A stretch of DNA of 63,175 nucleotides, the filler included, from Chiloscyllium plagiosum (Eukaryota), in assembly GCF_004010195.1 (NCBI RefSeq). It is 5 parts of one record of this genome, joined end to end, with 100 filler letters (N's around TTAATTAATTAA, not from the genome) between each part and the next. Parts side by side here need not be neighbours in the genome. Positions count along the whole stretch, not along the records: positions 46,664 to 54,337 come from NC_057710.1; positions 54,438 to 63,175 come from NC_057710.1; 3 more parts are not named here. The stretch is one strand, 5' to 3'. This document shows, piece by piece, positions 46,664 to 58,420 of the stretch. The position numbers were made by a program, and so were the translations under genes. Each line of letters opens with the position of its first letter. Positions within the stretch are counted from its first letter, which is position 1. A model generated the notes under the pieces. The model saw only the letters and a list, made by a program, of their open reading frames with translations, searched no databases and had not been told where the DNA came from.

Positions 46664-47065
46664 TCTATCACCCTCTCAGCCTCTCGAATAATTCTCAGTT
46701 CATCCAACTCCAGCTCCAGTTCCCTAACGTGGTCTGTGAGAAGCTGGAGCTGGCTGCACTTCCTGCAGATGAAGTCGGCAGGAGCATCGGTGGTCACCCC
46801 TACCTCAAACATCCTGCAGGAGGAACATTCCACTGCCTGCGCTGCCATAACTCTACACTTAGTCTCCAAAACAAGAACACTAAGTAGCTTACCTGTTCAG
46901 CCGACTGAGTCCTTTTTTCTTAGGTTAGAGGAGGAGGGAGGGTGGGAGACACTACACGTGTAGTGTCTCGGGTTCCTTCTCCACTCAAATAACAATCACT
47001 TACCTTCCCGATCAGCTCTGCGCTCTGACTTCACTTCCGTCCAGCTCCTGCCGCTCTCTGCTGCA
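46664..47065 (-). mobile_element. CR1 5' end: 5'UTR and ORF1 zinc-finger/leucine-zipper N-terminus
   Basis: Reads MAAQAVECSSCRMFEV...FICRKCSQLQLLTDHVRELELELDELRIIREAE. The CpG-containing 5'UTR has GGAAGTGA. Confidence 0.88.
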
Positions 47066-47559
47066 AAAAATATTGTTCAGGTCTTATTGCGTTTGAACAT
47101 GGATTGCTTCAGTACCTGAGGAGTTGTGAAAGATAGTACGAGGGACACAGTTTAAAAATAAAATGAAGTCTCCCACTTAAATATTTTAAATCAACTTGTA
47201 TCTGAGGTAGCTGGGACTTGAAATAGCAGAGCAGATGAATGGAGCCAAACAGTGTATTCCTGCTTCTAATTTTCATATATGCATAGATGAAATAGAGAAA
47301 AATAACTGAACTGGGAGAACTGACATTTGTTCAAAGTAACTATTTCCAGACAAATAAGCACCTCTGCCTTTATGATCCTTCTTGAAAATAAAAGGACAAC
47401 ATAACCTTGTTAAAGGGGCAGTGTCATCACACCAGGCAGTTACTTCTGATATTTTAAGACTGTGCTCAGATCTTATGGAATTCCAAAAACATTTAGACAA
47501 TGAAGGTAACGTGTGATGCTCAACCATAAGGTTATTCACTGATTCAAGAGAGACCATTA

Positions 47560-47800
47560 GTGGTGGTAGAAACTCAGATTCTCAGCCTCAGAAAACCAGA
47601 AAGGAAAACTAAAATAGCTATTTTAGAAGAACATATTAAGTTAAAATCCTGGACTGCATTGAATGATCTCATGTCCTTCAGAGAAGAAAACTGCCATCCC
47701 TACCTGGTCAGGCCTACAGCAATGTGGTATTATTGGGGATGGACAATAATACTGGCCTAGCCAGTGTTGCCCTTGTCCCTTGAATGAATCCCAAAAAAAA
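47560..47800 (+). mobile_element. Decayed SINE (family of 19670-20015)
   Basis: GTCCTTCAGAGAAGAAAACTGCCATCCCTACCTGGTCAGGCCTA core and GGCCTAGCCAG...TGAATGAAT tail. Confidence 0.65.
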
Positions 47801-48124
47801 GGTGTATCAGTCCATCTTCTGCAACGATCTTTATTGGTTCTGGACTTGGAAATAATACTTCTTGTTATCAGTTACAGAATAATTATTGCTGCAAACAATG
47901 TCTGTAAAATGTGGAGATAAAATTGGACTTGCCCATGATTAATACCTCTAATTTAGCAATTAAAGATAAATATTGGTCTAAATCTTGCGATCTCTGTACT
48001 GTTAGAACTGGGATATATGTCAGGAGATGTGTCTCCCGATCCTGGAGATGTTCTGAATTGCAGACACACATGGGAATTGCTGTTTTCCTAAATTCCTGAT
48101 GCCAGAAACCTCTGCAAAAGTCTC

Positions 48125-48352
48125 TGTAGTGATTGCGACCAAGCAGATCATGTTGACTATGAGATTGTTGATTAGGGTTGTTACCCTGGACAATCAAGAA
48201 GCGCTGGCTGATCAATATAAACAAGGGATTCAGAATCTCTTCAGTTCACAGGACTGACTCTGAGCTGGCTGGCCACAGCCAGTGTAATGTGCACAAGTGA
48301 AAAAAGGGGTGACTTGGTGATGAGATACTGGCCTCTGTGTAGTTATATTTCA
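48125..48352 (+). mobile_element. Short solo-LTR-like element (~230 bp)
   Basis: TGTAGTG...ATTTCA termini, TATAAA at ~48216, and a GGTGACTTGGTGATGAGATACTGGCC end. Related to 34665-34884. Confidence 0.55.
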
Positions 48353-49587
48353 ATCACCATCTGAGATTAGAGGTCCTAGACTTGGACTAGATGTGTAGGA
48401 CTTATCTATAAACTTACCCAGGAAACACTAGGCAGTTTAGTACCTCATCTAGCAGTTGGGTAAGTGTAGAGTGACCACACCCATATTCCAACCTTCCACA
48501 ACCCAACCCAATTGACGACAACTCTTTCCACTGACCCATCCACACCCCAGATCTCACCACTACACAATCCCCACCCAAGTCCTCCCTGATCTGACAACCC
48601 AGCTGCCTTTCTTACCTGCATCACTCACCTACCCAGAACACATTACTCTCGGAAGAAATGGACAGTATCACTGGATTGTCAAAAATTTCATAGAGCACAG
48701 CAATGTGCTAGCACTACCACTGACCAAAAGATCTAAGCCTGAATGCGTCACGTGTATCTGTTTGTCTGTTATGCCAATAAGTTGACAGTTATATTTAGAA
48801 AATTGTACCTCAGCTTCTAGGAGGTGAAAAAAAAAGATCAAGACTGTTTTCATGAAGTCATGCAGCTCATGAGTTAGAAATAGTGCTGTGCAGTGTAATT
48901 GAATCATCAGGTACTGAGTTCTACTATTTCCAAAAGAAGCAATTGCTGTCTGAGATAAAAGCAGAATTGACTGGAAATGCTCAGCAGGTCAGGCAGCACC
49001 TGTAGAGACAGAAATAAAGTTAATGTTTCATGTCAATGATCTTTCATCAAAACCAAGCGGTAGGTGAAGATGATTACTGATAACTTCTCATTACTTCTCT
49101 GTCAAATCAATTCCTATTGTGTCTCGCATCAGCTTGAAGCTTTCTATAAATCCCATTATCCCAAGATCTGAAAGCTGCATCGAGCTTGCTGCCTGATATT
49201 CAAAGCTGCTCACCTACAGCTCACAATTTCCCTCACACTTTCCCTCCAACAATTTCCTTCACTTCTCTGTGTTATAGATCCTATTGTGGTCAACGCTACT
49301 CAGAACACCATCATTTATCCCTTTTGACTCCAGGTATTTTGAACTGCAGTTCTCTTACTATTACCAACAAAACTGTGGAAAGAATTTTCCACCTTGTGAT
49401 GGAGTTGATCATTTATCTGTTGTGTCCCCACCCATGAAGGAAAGTTGTCAACCTTCCAACAGACTGATAAGAAGTCTGCCAGCCGTTAAAATGCATGACA
49501 GGAAAACCAAACTTTGTGTGAGTGGGATTTCTGTCTCTCAAATGAGTGGGATCCCACCCTTAGATCGAACAACAGCTCCATCAATTC

Positions 49588-49690
49588 TGATTTGGAGATG
49601 CCGGTGTTGGACTGGGGTGTACAAAGTTAAAAATCACACAACACCAGGTTATAGTCCAACAGGTTTATTTGGAAGTGCTGCTCCTTCATC
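49588..49690 (-). mobile_element. PLE family B terminal fragment
   Basis: TGATTTGGAGATGCCGGTGTTGGACTGGGG...GCTCCTTCATCA, with the hammerhead 3' half deleted. Confidence 0.88.
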
Positions 49691-50564
49691 AATACTGGCC
49701 GTGCCAACAGCTCTGTTGTGGAGATTGCTGGAACTGCAATGTCTTAAGATAAAGACCCAATGCATCCTCAGACCCAGGTAAGAAGATGCTATCTTCTGCA
49801 GGGGTCTCCCCAGTGAGCAAAGGGAACCACCCAAAGTCAGTAACCTTCCCTTTCCTTCCTATCCTTTTAATAACATTGGAAGAAAACTGCCCCCTGCCCA
49901 GGGTCAACCACATTATGGAATGGGCAGGATAATGTTGGCATAACTACACTCTTAACAATAGATTATAAGTTAATTATTTATTTAAATATGATAGCATTGA
50001 TGCCTGCCCATAATCCATATTGTGGAGCTCAGCAGGAAACAGATGGGAAGGTAATTACTCTGGATTAAGACCCGAGTTGTTCTCAATCAAACTGAATTTG
50101 AAATTTCACTATGTTGTTGCCAACCCTAAGAGGGTCCTTGAATATGAGATCTCATATTAATCCTACCTCAATACATTGTATCAGATCTAAAATAGCCTGT
50201 TTCCAAACAGGGAATATAATGTACTCTAAGAAACAATCTCTGATGCTCTGTACAAATCTGTTTTCCATGTTACCCTTGCCCATCTAATTTGTCCAGTCAG
50301 TTTGCAGATTAAAATTACCTACGGTAATTGTAGCGTCTTCTTTTTACATGCCTCCATTATTCTGAATTTATTCTTTGTCCCACAGTGCGACAACTCTCCT
50401 ATTTTGTTGCAAATGTTATATGCATTCAGAAAATTGCTTTAAACTTTGACCTTTTATATTAATACTTAATTTAGTTCTAATTTTTGCTACACTCTTCTTA
50501 GAAATTTATCTCTTCCTTTCACACTTTGATTATTGTTTTTCTCTTCATCATTTTTATTCAATTA

Positions 50565-53030
50565 GTCAGCGAGAGATTGAGGGACAAATATGTAAGGAGA
50601 TTGCACATAGCTGCAAGAATAATAGGTTTGTAATAGTAGGGGATTTTGACTTTCTTAAGATCGACTGGGACTGCCACAGTGTTGAGTGCTTGGGATGGAA
50701 TGAATTTTTTGAAGTGTATTCAAGAAAGAATTTCTCATGCACTATGTAGATGGCCCTACAAAAAAAAGGGCAAAACTTGACCTCCTCTTGGGATATAATG
50801 CTGCGCAGGTGACGGAGGTGTTATGGGTGGAGCACTTCGGGACCAATGACCATAATTCCATTAGTTTTAAAATAGCTATGGAAAAGAATAGGTCTGACCT
50901 ACAAGTTAAAGATCCACATTGGGCGCAAGGCCAATTTTGATGATCTTATCCAGGAACTTTCAAAAGTTGATTAGGGATAAGGGATATCCAGTAAGTGGGA
51001 GGCTTTCAAACATGAGTTAATGAGGGTTCAGGGCCAGCATGTTCCTGTTAGAATGAAGGGTAAGGCTGGTCTGAATAGGGAACCCTGGATGATGAGAGTT
51101 ATTGAGGTCCTGGTCAAGAAAAATAAGGGGGTAAATGACATGTATAAGCAGCTGGGATTAAGTGAATTCTTTGCGGAGTATGGAGGGTGTCAGAGTACAC
51201 TTAAGAGAGAAATCAGGAGGGATAAATGGGGACGCGAGTTGGCTTTGGCAGATAAGGTACATGAGATTCCAAAGCGATTCTACGAGTATATGAAGGGCAA
51301 AAGAGTAACTAGGGAGAGAATAGGGATTTGTAAAAATCAACAAGGCCATCTATGAGCAGATGCACTAGAGATGATTGAGATCCTAACTGAATATTCCTCA
51401 TCAGTATTTACAATCAAAAAAGGCATGGATGCTAGGGAGCTTGGGGAAATAAATAGTGATATCTTGAAGGGAGTCCATATTTATAGAAGAGGAGGTACTG
51501 AAAGTATGAAAACACGTAAGGGAAATAAAACAGCGGGACTTGATGAAGTGTATCCCAGGACATTTTGGGAGGTTGGGGATGAAGTTGTAGGGCTCCCGAA
51601 TGGAAACATTTGTATCATCAACAGCCACAGGTGAAGTGCCCGAATTTTGGAGAGTGGCTAATGTTGTGCCAGTATTTAAGAAAAACTGCAGAGAAATGTC
51701 TGAGAACTACAAACCATGAGCATAACATCTCTGATAGTTAAGTTTTTGAGGTGATTCTGAGAGACAGGATCTATAGGCATTTGGAGTGGCAAAGATTCAT
51801 CTGGGATAGTCAGCAAGGCTTTGAGCATGGAAAATTGTGACTTAAGAATTTGATTGAGTTTTTTGAAGGGGCGATCAAGGGAGTAGATGATGGCAGTGTG
51901 ATAGACGTTATCGACATGAACTTTATCAAGGCCTCTGACAAGATCTGGATTTTAAGTTGTTGAGTAAGGTTAAATCTCATGGGATCCAGGAAGAGCTAAC
52001 CAACTGGTACAAAACTGACTTCACAGTAAAACTAGAGGGTGGTGGAGAGGGATGTTTTCACACAGGAGGTCTGAGACCAGCGGTGTGCCATAGGGATTTG
52101 TGCTGGGTCCACTGCTATTCATCATTTATATAAATGATTTGGATGAGAATTTAGTGTGTGTTGTTAGTTAGTTTGTGGGTGACATCAAGATAGGTAACAC
52201 AGTGAAGAAGGCTATCTGTCAATGCAGTGAGATCTTGATCTACTGGGCCAGTGGGCTGAGGAATGGCAGATAGATTTTAATCTTGATAACTGTAAGATGT
52301 TGCATTCTGGTGCGTCAAACCAACGCACGGCTTGCACAGTCAATAATAGTGCCCTGGGAAATGTTATTGAACAAAGTGATCTAGGAGTCATAGATCCTTG
52401 AAAGAGGAGTCACAGATAGATAGGGCAGTGAATAAGGCTTTTGGCATGCTTGCATTCTGTGGTTAGAGTATAGGAGTTAGGATATCTTGTTTCAGCTGTA
52501 CAAAATGTTGATGAAGCCACATTTGGGTACTGCGTGCAGTTCCAGTTGCCCTACTATAGAAAAGATATTATTAAACTAGAAAGAGGGCAGAAAAGCTGTA
52601 CGAGGATATGACTTGGGTTGGAAAGTTTGAGTTACAAGGATAGGTTGGAATGGCTGGGACCTCTTTCCCGCGAGCATAGGAGACTGAGGGTCTAGATAAT
52701 ATTGAGAGGCATAGATAAGGTAGATAGCCAACAGCTTTTCCCCATGGTAGGGGAGTCTAAAACTAGAAGGCATAAGGGAAAGATACAAAAGGAGCCAGAG
52801 GGGAAATGTTTTCACACCAAGGATGATGAGTGTCTGGAATGGGCTGCCGCAGGTATTGGTGGAATCAAGTACAATTTTGTTGTTTAAGAAACATTTAGAC
52901 AGGTACATGGATGGGATATGTATGGTGGGATATGAACCAAATACAGGCAAATGGGCTGGTTTAACTGTGAAAACTGGCAAAATGGACACTTGGCCCAAAG
53001 GGTCTTTTTCCTTGTTGTCGATCGTTATAA
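50565..53030 (+). mobile_element. CR1 ORF2, ~2.5 kb, heavily decayed
   Basis: Motifs VGDF, LDLLL, FGTNDHNSISF, EPWM, WRVANVVPVFKK, GVP*GFVLGPLLF and WAEEWQ, with many stops and frameshifts. Confidence 0.9.
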
Positions 53031-53619
53031 CTCTAATTGAACACTCCCCCTGCACTAATTAGTTTAAAGCCCTTTCTACCACACAAACTCTGCCTGCCCC
53101 AGAGCTGTGTAAAACTATCTGGCTCATGATGGAATCCACCAGCTGCCATAACATGCAGAAACAACACATTACCTGCACTGCCTACCATTTCTGATACAGT
53201 TGATTAGGTTTCATTTATTGCTACAAAATATAATTTTTGAATAATCCCTAAGTTATTACACTCCTTTCTGAATCTAATACAATTACAGGTTAGTCATTAA
53301 TGTAGGTCACAGCTTCTCTGTGAAATCACTTTCTAAACAGAAAAGGGAAAGAAAAGCAAACACTGGAATGATCAAAATCCCCCGTGTTTAAATTGTACTC
53401 ACCACCCTTCCCCCCACTCAGGCAGTTCTGCACACATTCTCCATTGATGCCTATTCTTTTTTCTATTTAATCATTTCGGAATATGGGCTTCACTGGCAGG
53501 ACCAGCATATTCTGCCCATTCCAAATTGCTTTTGAGATATCCTGGTTTGCACATATACAAGGTGTTGTGTATGAGTCTGAAATGGTCTGAAAGGACTTAA
53601 ATGACTGCAATAAGCAAAA

Positions 53620-53790
53620 ACAGATGTGTAGGTTAGGTGAATTGACCATGCTAAATTCCCCATAGTATTAGATGCATTAGTCAGGGTAAATGTAGGGAAA
53701 TGAGTCTGGGTGGGTTACTCTTCAGAGGGTTGGTGTGGACTTGTTGGGCCAAAGGGACTGTTTCCACACTGTAAGTATTCTAATCTAATC
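53620..53790 (+). mobile_element. HE1-type SINE 3' half
   Basis: AGATGTGTAGGTTAGGTGAATTG...TTTCCACACTGTAAG..(TCTAA)n. Confidence 0.88.
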
Positions 53791-54132
53791 ATATCCACTC
53801 TAAAAGTATGGGAATTGGTCAGAGTAAAGATAGAGCATGTTGGAGATCGACCTGGAGCTGCTGTGTTAGTTAAGGATTTGTAGTTACGAAGCTCACATTC
53901 ATATAATTTGTAAATAGTCACCATAATAGTATTAACATCTTAGATTAAATCAAAAACAGTATTCTGGTTGGACCCATAAGGTGGACACTTTAATTCATAC
54001 GATAGCACTTCAGTGATAAAGGAACCCTTGAACACCATGGGGTTTCTCTTCCTCTTGGAACTTCTACAATACAAGCATTTATCCTGGATTGGCCATAGAG
54101 ACGTTGGGTTCTAATTGACCAATAGCTCTATG

Positions 54133-54337
54133 AACAGGAGAATCGATGTTTCGGGCATAAGCCCTTCTTCAAGAATGAGGAAAGTGTGTCCAGCAGGCTA
54201 AGATAAAAGGTAGGGAGGAGGGACTTGGGGGAGGGGTGTTGGAAATGCGATAGGTGGAAGGAGGTCAAGGTGAGGGTGATAGGCCGGAGTGGGGTGGGGG
54301 CGGAGAGGTCAGGAAGAAGATTGCAGGTTAGGAAGGC
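54133..54337 (-). mobile_element. PLE family A fragment with hammerhead motif, runs into gap
   Basis: Near-identical to 31681-31880. Confidence 0.88.
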
Positions 54338-54437
54338 NNNNNNNNNNNNNNNNNNNNNNNNNNNNNNNNNNNNNNNNNNNNTTAATTAATTAANNNNNNN
54401 NNNNNNNNNNNNNNNNNNNNNNNNNNNNNNNNNNNNN
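54338..54437. other. Artificial assembly spacer
   Basis: 44 N + TTAATTAATTAA + 44 N. Confidence 0.95.
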
Positions 54438-54715
54438 CTGAGGAGAGAGCTAAGAGCAGCAAGGAGGGGTCATGAAAGGTCCTTAGTTGGTAGGATTAGG
54501 GAAAACCTTAAGGCTTTCTATAGGTATGTCAGGAATAAAAGAATGTCTAGGGTAGGAATAGGTCCAGTCAAGGATAGTAGTGGGAAGTTGCGTGTGGAGG
54601 CTGAAGAGATTGGGGAGACACTGAATGAATACTTTTCGTCAGTATTCACTCAGGAACAGGACATTGTTGCCGATGTGAATGCTGAGTCACAATTAATTAG
54701 AATGGACGGCTTTGC
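54438..54715 (+). mobile_element. CR1 ORF2 internal fragment
   Basis: Reads RRELRAARRGHE..RIRENLKAFYRYVRNKR..IGPVKDSSG..LNEYFSSVFT. Confidence 0.9.
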
Positions 54716-54961
54716 GGTTACAAATGAATAGGTTACAAAGCTTTGAATAAGAAAAGAACAATGAAATGAGAAAATAAAAATGTTCAGACCAACCAGTAGT
54801 TGGCAGCCTAATGATTCAACAAACCCTTTTGTTGTTCTTTTGCACATCAGTGTCATTTAAAAATTTTACATAGCATTTTTGAAAATAGGTCATTAAGAAA
54901 GAATTATGTTAGGGATGCTTCGGAGTAGGATTTTCACTATAATGGCTGAAATGACTGAATA

Positions 54962-55057
54962 GCGCTGAAAATGTGTTACTGGAAAAGCGCCTCAGGTCAG
55001 GCAGCATCCAAGGAACAGGAGAATCGACGTTACGGGCATAAGCCCTACTTCAGGAAA
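54962..55057 (-). mobile_element. PLE family A solo hammerhead unit (~95 bp) with perfect 15-bp TSD
   Basis: TGAAATGACTGAATA at 54947-54961 and 55058-55072. It has the same extent as 22671-22764; the core is mutated. Confidence 0.88.
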
Positions 55058-55579
55058 TGAAATGACTGAATAACCAAGTCCTGCTCCCATATTCTCAAAA
55101 TAGCGCCCATAACATTAAAAAATACAATGAAAACCACATGAGCAAGTTAACCTTTTTTTTGACAATTTGGCTGTGATTATGACTGAGCTACTGTGTCAAT
55201 CATGACATTATGAAATTGGCTACTTTGAAAATAACACGCATTATTAATTTTAAATTGTGTGCCATCACCACAGATCTCAATACAATGCAATCTGATGATG
55301 AGTTGCTAACTGAGCTGGAGTGAATTTTCTTATTCTCATAGAAAGATTTCCAAGTTTTTGATGAATCAATTAAAAAAAAAATAAGCTAAGGTGGATGTTT
55401 CTTTTGTACAGACATAAAATGTTACTGAGGCAAGAATAATGACAAACATGACATTGGATGTCTCTCCATCATGTTAATACTATTGTCTCAATTAAATGTG
55501 TCTTCTTTAATTATCTGGGCATCACATCTTTCCTTCAAGCTATGGGAAAGTGTGTTATAGATTGTTCTAGAATATATCT

Positions 55580-56125
55580 GACTCACGGGATGTGGATGTT
55601 ACTGGCTGGGTAAGCATTTATTGTCCATCTCCAGTTGCCTTTGAGAAGATGCTGGTGATATGCTTTTTTGAACTGCTGCAGTCCATTTGGTGTAGTTGAC
55701 CCATATTGCCATTAGGGAGGGATTTCCAGGATCTTGACTCACTGATCCTGAAGGAATGATAATATATTTCCAAGTCTGTATACCGAATGGCCTAGAGGGG
55801 AACTTGCAATGGTGTTACCACATCCTTGTCCTTCAAAATGGCAGTGGTCAGACGTTTCAAAAATGCTGTCTAAGGATTTTGGTGAATTTCTGCAGTGCAT
55901 CTTGTAGATAGTACACTGCTGCGACTGAACATTGGTGATTAAGGGAGTGGATGCTTGTGGATGGCTTGCCAATCAAAAGGGCTGCTTTGTCCTGGATAGC
56001 GAGTTACTCGCTGAAAGATTCCTTAACCCTGACCGACTCTTTTTGCTGCAATATCTATATGACTAATCCAGTTCAGTTTCTGGTCATTGATAACTGACAG
56101 AATGTTGATAGTGGGGGATTTTGTG
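55580..56125 (-). mobile_element. Second LINE family, 3' end
   Basis: Antisense match to 12130-12790 (GGTGAATTTCTGCAGTGCATCTTGTAGATAGTACAC). Confidence 0.85.
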
Positions 56126-56989
56126 ATCATAGAAAAGAGGCCAGTACATGAGAAGGCTGTGATTTTAATCATATGAGTTGAAGTGTTCAGAATATCAAAG
56201 ACAATGTGCAGGTGAGACTTAAGGCGCTGTTTCTAAGGAGGTTACTAAAGCAAGTGAATTGTCAGTTGCAGGTTGATGTGAAATTCTAAACTTTAACAGA
56301 TCATTGAACTTCGTGTGATGGTACACATAAGTGTGGTGGGCAATGATGCAACCTCCACCCACTTCGCCCTCATCATCTGACATGAAGGTTGCTTAATCCT
56401 TACACCCAGACCCCTCCCGCACAACGACGATCATCAGAACATTTTGGTGCATGTTTTCCATAGCCTTAGGGATTCGTGAAGACATCGGTGAAAATTGCTT
56501 TCAATTTTTTCTAGCCATGGACCTTGCCTTTAAAAAATTCTGGCTGTCTTTAAATATCACTGCGCACTCTACATACTGGACTCCCTCCTTGGTGACAACA
56601 ACTTGCTGTACAGACTAATTAAAATCAGATGTAGTATGGTTTAACATACTGATTTTACCAGTGTGGATGGTTACAGAGTAATTGCATCTCACAATCATTG
56701 CACCATGTTCATCAGTCTTTCATCAAATTTTGTTAAGTCTGCTATTTGTTCTTTCTGAGAAATAAAGGGGGGTTCAGACACCAATAATTAGTGCCATTGT
56801 TTCTAGCAGGGTCAGTATTGGTTGACTTTTGAACTATATTTTCATGAATTTGCCAATTAACCAGGAAGGAGTTACATCATTCTAATCAATTTATAGTACA
56901 TATGGAAAACGAATGCTGGGAATTTGAAACAACAACAGGAGAAGCTGGAGAACGTTCAGATTAAGGGAGAAAGATAATTAATATTTTAG

Positions 56990-57437
56990 ATTAGAGTCAT
57001 AGAGATGTACAGCATGGAAACAGACCCTTCAGTCCAACCTGTCCGTGCCGACAAGATATCCCAACCCAATCTAGTCCCGCCTGCCAGCATCCAGCCCATA
57101 TCCCTCCAAACCCTTCCTATTCATATACCCATCCAAATGCCTCTTCAATGTTGCAATTGTACCAGCCTCCACCACATCCTCTGGCAGCTCATTCCATACA
57201 TGTACCACCCTCTGTGTGAAAAACTTGCCCCTTAGGTCTCTTTTATATCTTTCCCCTCTCACCCTAAACCTATGCGCTCTAGTTCTGGACTCCCCGACAC
57301 CAGGGAAAAGACTTTGCCTATTTATCCTATCCATGCCCCTCATAATTTTGTAACCCTCTATAAGGTCACCCCTCAGCCTCCGACGCTCCAGGGAAAACAG
57401 CCCCAGCCTGTTCAGCTGCTCCCTATAGCTCAGATCC
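56990..57437 (-). mobile_element. CR1 3' end
   Basis: ORF 57071..57454 reads [31 protein letters not shown] tail. Confidence 0.95.
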
Positions 57438-57439
57438 TT

Positions 57440-57880
57440 TGTTAAGTTTTTCAAAAATGGTTCCAGGAATTAGAAATTTCAATTCTGAGGATAAATTGGA
57501 GAAGTTGGGACTATTCTCCTTGGAAAGAAGAAGGCTAAGAGGAAACCTAATAGAAATGTTCAAAATCCAGGGGACTGAACAGAGCAGATAAGAACGGACT
57601 GTTCTCACTTGCAAGAGGATTAACAATTAGAGGACACAGACTTAAAGTAATTTGCCAAAGAAACAAATGTGAGGTAGGAAGAAACCTTTGATACAAAGAG
57701 TGGCTTGGGTCTGGAATGCACTGCTTGGAAGTGTGGAGGAAGCAGGTTCAAATGAGGCATTCAGGAAAGCATTTGATGATTAGTTAAATATAAACAATGT
57801 GCAAGGGTATGAGGAAAAGTCTGGAGAATGACATGAAGTCATAATGCTCGTGGGAGAGTTGGTGAGCCTTAACAATTCTG
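57440..57880 (+). mobile_element. Older CR1 3' end, opposite orientation
   Basis: Reads LEKLGLFSLERRRLRGNLIEMFKI..IRGHRLK...WNAL. Confidence 0.8.
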
Positions 57881-58169
57881 TAATATTATATTAAAAGTCA
57901 GGCAAACAAAGCAGTAAATATTCAATGCTCACAGTTGCTTTCTTACCTAATCTGAAAGGATTTGCTGTGAATATTTGTGTGGAATGTTGATTTGTGCACT
58001 TTGGAGATATTGAAACTTAGATCAGGAGCAGTGTTCTCATGACTGTTTTTAGACTGGAATCAAGACAAGCATCAAGATGACCACGAACAGAAGCCAAAGT
58101 GCTGTGGAGAGACCTGTAGGTAATCGGCAGGCAGGAGGAAAACTGGCAGGTCAAGCTTGAAGCAGGCTA

Positions 58170-58385
58170 TATGACAAGGTATCCCGACAGAGACTCAGTT
58201 TCCTCAGCCAATTGATAGAACTGTTCTTCCAGAGGCTGAGGTATTCACATTAGGTTCAGGTGAACATCCACCTTCTCCGAGAAGGAGACATGGTGGTCAT
58301 ATAGAACCGGTCTCTGTGAAAGTGACAACTGCCCTCAATGGTTTTGTCACAGCATCCTTTCAAGGCTCCATCAGACATTTCGGTA
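58170..58385 (+). pseudogene. PIF/Harbinger (HARBI1-like) transposase N-terminal remnant
   Basis: Reads KVSRQRLSFLSQLIELFFQRLR and GGHIEPVSVKVTTALNGFVTASFQGS, which resembles the conserved 'kv..aL.f.asGsfq' HTH block. Confidence 0.65.
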
Positions 58386-58420
58386 GAGTAGCCCAGTTGG
58401 CTGCTGACTAATACATATTT

